Virus record (IMG/VR): IMGVR_UViG_3300002133_000084
Source of the DNA: an uncultured virus (IMG/VR IMGVR_UViG_3300002133_000084)
Lineage: Duplodnaviria > Heunggongvirae > Uroviricota > Caudoviricetes
DNA: 64,000 nucleotides
Strand: one strand, 5' to 3'
Part shown: positions 57,638 through 64,000 of the stretch, piece by piece
Layout of the letters: every line of letters begins with the position of its first letter
How positions within the stretch are numbered: the stretch's first letter is position 1
The notes under the pieces: model-generated
Databases searched by the model: none
What the model was told of the DNA's origin: nothing
The model's input: the letters and a program-made list of their open reading frames with translations, nothing else
Made by a program: the position numbers and the translations under genes

Positions 57638-58477
57638 CTTAATTCTCCTTTTATGGGGTGGAGATTCCTTTTGGGCATATATGCCCGAAACTTCGTGGCC
57701 CCGCAACCCGAATTGGCTACGAGGCCTTCTGGGAGGCGAGCCTTTTAAAGTCCTGCTCAGGACGGTAATAAGTGGGGGCGCGGGAGAGGCATTACAACCT
57801 CTAGGCGCGAGGCGCCACTGTTTTCCCCTGTGCCGCCCCCGAAGGGTGGTGCAGTTTAACGTCATGCTCCTGGACTTCGTATCCACAGCAGTTCTAGTCA
57901 TGCTAAGACTCGAGGCATTTCTCGCATGCCTCGCCTTCGCTCACTCCGCTTTGTTCCATCAGGCCCCGAGTGAGTAGGGTTGGTGATGGAGTAACGTTCC
58001 CTTCGTAAGTCTATTTTGTAGTTCACTTACGAACAGGGCGAGTTTTATATCTTCCCGAGATATGATAGGGCAGGTGGATTTGTAATCATCCACAACAAAG
58101 CTCAGATTGTCATTCTTCAGCTTTGCCCGGTTCCGCAGGTGACTAACCCGCTTCCAGCGGCTGCCCTTTAACGCACCTGGAGGGCTTCAACCTTCCAGGC
58201 CTTAATTGAACCATCACCATGCTTTACCATGATGCGGTTCTTTTTGCTGCCGACAACAAAGCCCTTGACTCGAGCTTTGCCGGCAGCAACCTTTTGTCCA
58301 AACATCATTGCCATACCCAGCTCCTACGTAATGAGATTAGCCCCCATCGGAGTTTCCGACAGGGGCTTTTATCTCAAAGAAAGGAGATTGAAAGAGAAGA
58401 TTCATTTCTAAATCTTTTCTTCCATAATGTTATACCAGAAAAGGGCCAAAAACGCACACCCTTTTAGGGGTATAATA

Positions 58478-58981
58478 TTACAGTCCGGCAATGGCCGAAA
58501 TTAGGCCAATTATGCCGCCAAAAACATTGCCCCATACGATCAGCCAGTGTAAATGATCGCGCATCATATCCTCCGATACGCGCTTTATGTCCTGTGGCGT
58601 TAATTTCCCCACAGAATCATATACAGCAGATCGTATATTGTCCCTTATGGGGAACATACCCATCACCATATCGCCACTCAGCGGCAATCCGATGATGGAG
58701 TCGGCCGTTTTCTCGATGTGATGCTTGATATTTTCTTCCGTGAAAATACGAGACATCACGACATTACATATAGACGACTTGATGTCTTGGAATCGACGCA
58801 CCACTACTCCCGATCCATACAGTAGGGGAACCTCATCAAAGAGCATTTTCACTGCCAGCCAGTTTGTTAGTCCGCCGGCGGCCGCAAATAGCCCAGTGAT
58901 GAAGATCCATTTTATTTGCAGTGCGCCCCCTATGAGTAAAACCATAAAGGACGCCAGGTTTGCTGCAGTTCCTATGTTCAT
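58478..58981 (-). CDS. DUF445-family membrane protein
   Basis: FAAAGGLTNWLAVKMLF..PLLYGSGV; HLHWLIVWGNVFGGIIGL. Confidence 0.8.
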   Translation of the reverse strand: MNIGTAANLASFMVLLIGGALQIKWIFITGLFAAAGGLTNWLAVKMLFDEVPLLYGSGVVVRRFQDIKSSICNVVMSRIFTEENIKHHIEKTADSIIGLPLSGDMVMGMFPIRDNIRSAVYDSVGKLTPQDIKRVSEDMMRDHLHWLIVWGNVFGGIIGLISAIAGL

Positions 58982-59091
58982 TTATTTCCCGATCCTATAA
59001 AATAAATATCCCGCAGCAAGAAATATTGCCATCCATGGGGCTGTATATATTAATATACAGGCACATGTTATAAGTATTATTTTATTGGAGC

Positions 59092-60054
59092 TCATTTTCC
59101 TACCGCCATGGTTATAGCCTCCATGGCACCCTTGCCCTTGGAGAGCTCTAGTGTTACGCGAACCTGTCCCGCCGAGCGCGAGACAGACTTGAAGCATTCG
59201 GAGTCTCCATAGGAAGCCTCCTTTTTGATGTTCTCAGCAGCCAAGGCCTCTGTCAGCGCAACGGCCGCCAGCTCTACCATAGAAAGGTGATCGCGCAGGT
59301 TGGCCTTCTTGGGAAGGCCTCGCTGATCGCGAATGGTTGCAGCTGTACCACCAAAGAGGCGTTGATACTCCTCGTTGGTGATATTCTTGTACGACTTGGG
59401 ATCATCAACTCCATGCGCCTTCAGGGTGGAGGTTAGTCCATTGCGATTGAAGGCGCTGATCAGGCGGGCATCCACCCAGTTATCATCCTTGCCGTTGGGC
59501 AATTTGGAGAAGTGGGAGCGCGCGCCATCTATACTCCGATCCAACTTAAGCTCTGGATCTAGATGCTCTTTTGCTGCTTCGCGGAGCGCACGTTCCACTA
59601 GCGCAGCCAGGCGGGTGTCGAGATATTGGGCATATCTACTGGCTATAGTGGGGTGGGCATAAGTTCCGCCACCCCCTCCTCGCTTCCTGATGACGAGATC
59701 ACCCTCGGCAACTCCCTCCACCTCAGATGTGCCGGCAATTAAATCTTTGGCGTACTTTCCACTCAGCCATTCGGAAACCTCATTGCTTCTGGAGCTTCCT
59801 CCCATTCTCCATATATCCGTCAGGCTAACCATCTCACCATCGATCATTTTTAGCAGGAATTCTTTTCCGCAAAATGTGATGGCGAGATCATTGCTATGAA
59901 CACGGGAATTTCCCGTATTCATAATCTTGTTGTTTTTCTTCGACTTAACTGACTTAACCTTCTTCGGTATCGGTAACTGCGCCGTCACCACTCCATTTTC
60001 ATCCGGCCCCTGGATAACCTCCAAGGGCATAAACAACTGCCGTGCTTCACTCAT
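59092..60054 (-). CDS. KilA-N domain DNA-binding protein
   Basis: MVSLTDIWR..SEWL..KRGGGGGTYAHPTIASRYAQYL; C-terminal ITNEEY..LFG..NLRDHLS. Confidence 0.8.
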   Translation of the reverse strand: MSEARQLFMPLEVIQGPDENGVVTAQLPIPKKVKSVKSKKNNKIMNTGNSRVHSNDLAITFCGKEFLLKMIDGEMVSLTDIWRMGGSSRSNEVSEWLSGKYAKDLIAGTSEVEGVAEGDLVIRKRGGGGGTYAHPTIASRYAQYLDTRLAALVERALREAAKEHLDPELKLDRSIDGARSHFSKLPNGKDDNWVDARLISAFNRNGLTSTLKAHGVDDPKSYKNITNEEYQRLFGGTAATIRDQRGLPKKANLRDHLSMVELAAVALTEALAAENIKKEASYGDSECFKSVSRSAGQVRVTLELSKGKGAMEAITMAVGK

Positions 60055-60413
60055 TGCATCTCCTTTAGCTTCCGTAAACTAGGCCCCACTTCTGGAGCCC
60101 ATTTTATATTCTGCTCCGCGATTTTTTTTACTTCCCAATACATGGGCCCCTGCCCACATAGGAAGAATACTTTTCTAATTGCCTCCACCAACATCTGGTG
60201 TGTCACATTTGGATTGTGAACAAGGTGCCACATCAATATTGGCCTTATCAGCTCTGGCTCCATTAGCTCCCTTAGTATTTCAATATTGGGGGAATGGCTG
60301 AATACCAGGTGGGAGAACTCTTCACTCTCAGCCCAAGACATTATCTGACTGCGATCTGTGTTTGGGTTGGATATTAAAACTTTCATCAATTCCATATATT
60401 CCTCATGGAACAT
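60051..60413 (-). CDS. Hypothetical protein with LRV-like repeats
   Basis: LISNPNT, LVHNPNVT. Confidence 0.5.
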   Translation of the reverse strand: MFHEEYMELMKVLISNPNTDRSQIMSWAESEEFSHLVFSHSPNIEILRELMEPELIRPILMWHLVHNPNVTHQMLVEAIRKVFFLCGQGPMYWEVKKIAEQNIKWAPEVGPSLRKLKEMQ

Positions 60414-60449
60414 AGGGGGGCCGAGAGTTTCCCCCCGGCCCCCGAGAAA

Positions 60450-61424
60450 TCATCCAGCTGCTATGCTCATTGACACCTCTCCGTCTACATCGAACATCCC
60501 ATTGCCATCGAGTAGGGAGTCGTACGGAGTACCAGCAACGGCTATATGTGGAAAGCCGGTAAACTTCTGCTCTGGAACAAAGTCCCACTTCTCTCCATCC
60601 AAAAACTTCTTCCATGCCTGCGCACAGATGCTCGCCGCGCCCCAGGCGGGTACCTGAGTGCAGCCGGTGGCAAAGTATCGCCCACCAGTTGTGGGGGCTC
60701 TATCTATCCAGTTTCCCAGCGCCTTTCGGGGATCTCCCTTGGGCAGCATATCGTCGTGGGAAACTCCTTTCCAAAACTCCTCGGCGGCGGCGGGATTATA
60801 GCGATAGGTAATAAGAGCTATGCCCGAAATATCCCCGCGCCGCATCCTCTTTGATCTGGGCTGCAGTCCACCCTTTGTGTGATCGCTGAATAGTTTGAAT
60901 TCTTCAGCGAATTCACGTATGAACACCTCCGTAATTCTGGAGGGAAGCTTTTTGCGGCCCTTCCACCCCTCAAATACCATGCGCGCAGCCCTGTGAGTGC
61001 AGCTAAGATCTTTGCGGCTTATGCCAAGCTCCTTGCCAAGCTCTTTGGCGGCGTACATGTCCGCCGGGCTTCGACTTCCACCAATATCCATCTTGGAGTA
61101 GACGTCGGCCGCGCGGGCAGGATGGACGATAATAGCAACATAGATGGCGATTCCAGTCTCGATTATCGCCTCAATTCGGTGCATCCCATCTACCTGATAC
61201 ACACCGCTTTGATTTGCGGCAAAATGCATCGCCGACACATCCATCTCGCCGGCTTCAATCTCGGCTTTGATGTATTCTACGTGATCTCGGCGCAGCTTGC
61301 GCTGCCCTTTGAAGTGGTAGGCCTTCTTCCAGAACTTTGCCATCTCTGGTGTTACCATCACAACGGCAGAGGCTGGGATCTTGCCATTGAATGACACTAG
61401 CTTTTTTACGTCAAACTTTCTCAT
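60450..61424 (-). CDS. ParB/Srx-like N-terminal domain protein (paralog of 43552-44538)
   Basis: VTPEMAKFW..GQRKLR..VDGMHRI; AEEFWKGVSHDD..DPRKA. Confidence 0.6.
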   Translation of the reverse strand: MRKFDVKKLVSFNGKIPASAVVMVTPEMAKFWKKAYHFKGQRKLRRDHVEYIKAEIEAGEMDVSAMHFAANQSGVYQVDGMHRIEAIIETGIAIYVAIIVHPARAADVYSKMDIGGSRSPADMYAAKELGKELGISRKDLSCTHRAARMVFEGWKGRKKLPSRITEVFIREFAEEFKLFSDHTKGGLQPRSKRMRRGDISGIALITYRYNPAAAEEFWKGVSHDDMLPKGDPRKALGNWIDRAPTTGGRYFATGCTQVPAWGAASICAQAWKKFLDGEKWDFVPEQKFTGFPHIAVAGTPYDSLLDGNGMFDVDGEVSMSIAAG

Positions 61425-61510
61425 CGCTTATCTCCTTGCGCGACTTATTGATGTTGCGCGACTTGTAGGGTGGTGGGATCTGCTGGTGATATCCCCTTAA
61501 TAGGGGTATG

Positions 61511-61879
61511 CTAACGCCCAATTACTTTGGGCGTTTTCTTTATGTTGATCTGAACCGTCACAACTTGCGACGATCTCTCACCGTTGGATACGCGATACTG
61601 TATGCGATCATACGCTTCCGGGTTTGGCGTAGGATCGTACCGGTATAACCCTTTGGATTGATCGATCCAATTGAATTGCCCAATCGGATTCAGAATCAAA
61701 TTATACGTGAGCCGATCGCCCTCCATGCCGGCGTCGGTGGGAAGAACTTCAACTAGAGTTTTACCGTATTCCGCGTCTACGGTAAAGTGGTGCAACTGCT
61801 CGTGTTGGGGGAGTCGTCCAGCGCAAGCCAAAAGACTCGAGCCCAGCAGACATACGAGTAATACATGTATAGCTTTCAT
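61511..61879 (-). CDS. Lipoprotein with Ig/cadherin-like domain
   Basis: Lipobox LLAC; YRYDP..DRIQYRVSNG..S..VTVQINI. Confidence 0.65.
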   Translation of the reverse strand: MKAIHVLLVCLLGSSLLACAGRLPQHEQLHHFTVDAEYGKTLVEVLPTDAGMEGDRLTYNLILNPIGQFNWIDQSKGLYRYDPTPNPEAYDRIQYRVSNGERSSQVVTVQINIKKTPKVIGR

Positions 61880-62268
61880 TGCTCCCTCAATTCTTTGGCC
61901 CGCTTTTCCAGCAAATCGGCCAAGCTATAGTTGGTTACATCTGGATGCCGCCTCAGCATAGCAGCTTGATCTTCAAACGACTTGGCAAATTCTTCTCTAT
62001 GCCTCTTAGTAGAAATCGCCTCGGATTTTTTTATCTTGCATTTTTCCGCAACCATTGCAAGTCCTCCTTTGGCGGACGTGGATTCCCGATGGCTTATCAT
62101 CCAGCGTAAATTGAACACTATACGCCTCCCACTTTGCCCAATCATGCCCAAAGGGGCCAAAACAGCGGGGGAGTATCTGTGATCCTGTAACAATATTCGT
62201 GACAATAGAAAATACGAATGCCACTGCCATACCTAGGCATGCCAATTTTACAATGCTGGGTATGTCCA

Positions 62269-62811
62269 TTACTCCCATCCTAGCTGGAATTTATGAGTCC
62301 ATTTTTTGCTGCAGCGAAATGGGGTGGATCCATCGGAGTACACGCGCTGCGCGGCGGCCGTTGCCATCTCCGTGCACATAGGACAACGAACTATTGGCAG
62401 CAGTAGACTTACTGGGTTTTCTGTTATATCCCACGGCCACAGCCACCACCGATCCCGCATTTGATCCAGCTTTTCTTCTGGGACATCGTGTATGGATCCG
62501 AAGCTGTCGGTGCATTCCACGATCTCCCACCCTAATTCGTACTTGTGAATCAAATCGACGTAGGGGGCCATCTCTTTGAGGGTGGTGAATGTATTGGAGA
62601 CAACGCAGTCGTCTCCGCGGCGTAAGGTGGCTTCTACCTGCATAATACACCACTGATGTCCGCGGCCCACCTCATCCATGGTGAATATGTATTCGCCATT
62701 TATCTCGTGCCACATATCGGCCTCGAAGTGTGGCGTTCCGAAATACGCCTCTCGCGCGAGAGTACTTTTACCGGATCCCGGTAGTCCTCTGATGATCGTT
62801 AGAGTAGGCAT
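62269..62811 (-). CDS. P-loop kinase (AAA_33 / polynucleotide kinase-like)
   Basis: IIRGLPGSGKSTLA, HFEAD, VVSNTFT, SIHDVP. Confidence 0.85.
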   Translation of the reverse strand: MPTLTIIRGLPGSGKSTLAREAYFGTPHFEADMWHEINGEYIFTMDEVGRGHQWCIMQVEATLRRGDDCVVSNTFTTLKEMAPYVDLIHKYELGWEIVECTDSFGSIHDVPEEKLDQMRDRWWLWPWDITENPVSLLLPIVRCPMCTEMATAAAQRVYSDGSTPFRCSKKWTHKFQLGWE

Positions 62812-62820
62812 CTATTCTCC

Positions 62821-63066
62821 CTATTTTCTGACTAAATAATCGGCGTCGTCATTATTTAGATTTAAGGTGGAAATCCTAGATACATATGCATTGCAGTTGG
62901 CCTTCAGTATCTTAGCCAGAATATCAATCGGCGTATTGGGGTTTTCTATGATCGAATCCACTACGCCAACTGGCATTTTGACTATGCTCTGATCCATCAC
63001 CTCCCGTATCTGGCTCTCCGATAGGTGAGGATTCCGCCCTATCGCGTTGAGAATACTTCTGCTCAT
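62821..63066 (-). CDS. Small LRV-like repeat protein
   Basis: AIGRNPHL, IIENPNTP. Confidence 0.5.
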   Translation of the reverse strand: MSRSILNAIGRNPHLSESQIREVMDQSIVKMPVGVVDSIIENPNTPIDILAKILKANCNAYVSRISTLNLNNDDADYLVRK

Positions 63067-63583
63067 ACATCTCCCTCCTCACTCTATTGGGTGTCATGCC
63101 AAATTCGGCGCATAGTATGTTAAGGGAGGTTCCCAGAACATCGATGAGGCCCTCTGGATCGCCGCCCCCAATCTGCAGGGCGCCGTCCATCTCATCCAAG
63201 ATCCCCTGCAGCTCTTCGGATGTTATTGCCATAGGGCTCTTTGTATATGTGCCCTTGGCTGGAATGGGTGTCGATCGACGGGGGTTGAATCGCTTGATCT
63301 CAACCCCACAGGTGTCGCCAATAAACCTCACGGCCTCATGGAATGATACTCCCATCTGTTCCATGATGAACTTATAGAGATCGCCAGAGGCTCCACACCC
63401 AAAGCAGACATAGAACTTTCTCTCCTCATCCACAGAAAAAGAGGCTGTTTTTTCCGAGTGAAATGGACATAGCCCCTTCCACATACCCTTGCCATGAGGA
63501 TGTATCTGCGTATAGCCACCTACTATTTCGACGAAATTTGCGCGCGCGCGTATCTCCTCGATCTGCTCTTCTGGGATCAGCAT
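62924..63583 (-). CDS. Protein with DnaG primase CHC2 zinc-binding domain only
   Basis: GLCPFHSEKTASFSV..FYVCFGCGASGD..FHEAV; no TOPRIM domain follows. Confidence 0.8.
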   Translation of the reverse strand: MLIPEEQIEEIRARANFVEIVGGYTQIHPHGKGMWKGLCPFHSEKTASFSVDEERKFYVCFGCGASGDLYKFIMEQMGVSFHEAVRFIGDTCGVEIKRFNPRRSTPIPAKGTYTKSPMAITSEELQGILDEMDGALQIGGGDPEGLIDVLGTSLNILCAEFGMTPNRVRREMYEQKYSQRDRAESSPIGEPDTGGDGSEHSQNASWRSGFDHRKPQYAD

Positions 63584-63876
63584 ACAAACCTCCATCGAGC
63601 ATAGCCATATACACCATCACGCTCCACTATCTTCCACCCAGGCTCCTCCATCTTCTTGGCCGATATGTCTAGGGTTGCGATGGTGCCATCATCATTTATC
63701 CACTTAGTCTGCACAAAACTCTTAGACTTGTGGGAGATGAATCTGAAGGGGCCATATCCCATCTGGCATGATATTTGGACGTGATATATCGCGTGCCAGC
63801 AGGAGGGAATTTCAACTGGTGGGGTATCCATCTGATTAGCCCTTTTGCCATACAAATTCATTGCGAATTTGGGCAT
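63577..63876 (-). CDS. Hypothetical protein
   Basis: 99 aa ORF in gene run. Confidence 0.5.
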   Translation of the reverse strand: MPKFAMNLYGKRANQMDTPPVEIPSCWHAIYHVQISCQMGYGPFRFISHKSKSFVQTKWINDDGTIATLDISAKKMEEPGWKIVERDGVYGYARWRFVC

Positions 63877-64000
63877 AGTGTCTATCCCTGCCTTTACAAT
63901 GTCCCCCCTGACTAGTCCTCCATTTAGGATCCATCGAAAGCAGTAGGCTCTCCACGCATCGGAGTCCCTCGCAGAGAGCTTCTTCCGAATGTCCTCGTTT

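Noticed and set aside
46782..58430. Frpo/ssi-type ssDNA promoters of a conjugative leading region
   Set aside because: Would explain plus-strand folding but not the minus-strand G-U pairs, the conserved branch-site opposition or the pentaloop; no -35/-10 elements in stems and no conjugation genes seen

Overview
This 64 kb window is from a large, probably temperate or plasmid-like dsDNA phage. It carries a portal-like gene and KTA-motif virion-type genes, DnaB with a mini-intein, SSB, a sigma-70 factor, a ParA/RHH/LmbU-like partition module, RNA-repair genes (RtcB, nucleotidyltransferase, phosphoesterase, kinase), a MoxR/VWA pair and tRNA-Arg(UCU). The main discovery concerns one retron-type reverse transcriptase (34487-35614, minus strand). 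It is accompanied by about 33 sequence-diverse retron-like msr-msd cassettes packed head-to-tail in arrays at 33.8-34.1, 46.8-47.3, 48.6-50.2 and 51.7-56.8 kb. Each cassette has its own a1/a2-like terminal inverted repeat. Most have a G.G (23 units) or A.A (7 units) opposition at the predicted branch site and a short msr hairpin with a G-N-A-W-S pentaloop. Each also has a unique msd-like region whose wobble pairs favour folding of the plus (cDNA) strand. Several msd stems are densely packed with 6-bp palindromes like a polylinker, suggesting a one-RT, many-msDNA decoy library (inference). All calls were made by eye from the sequence; no searches or folding programs were run.
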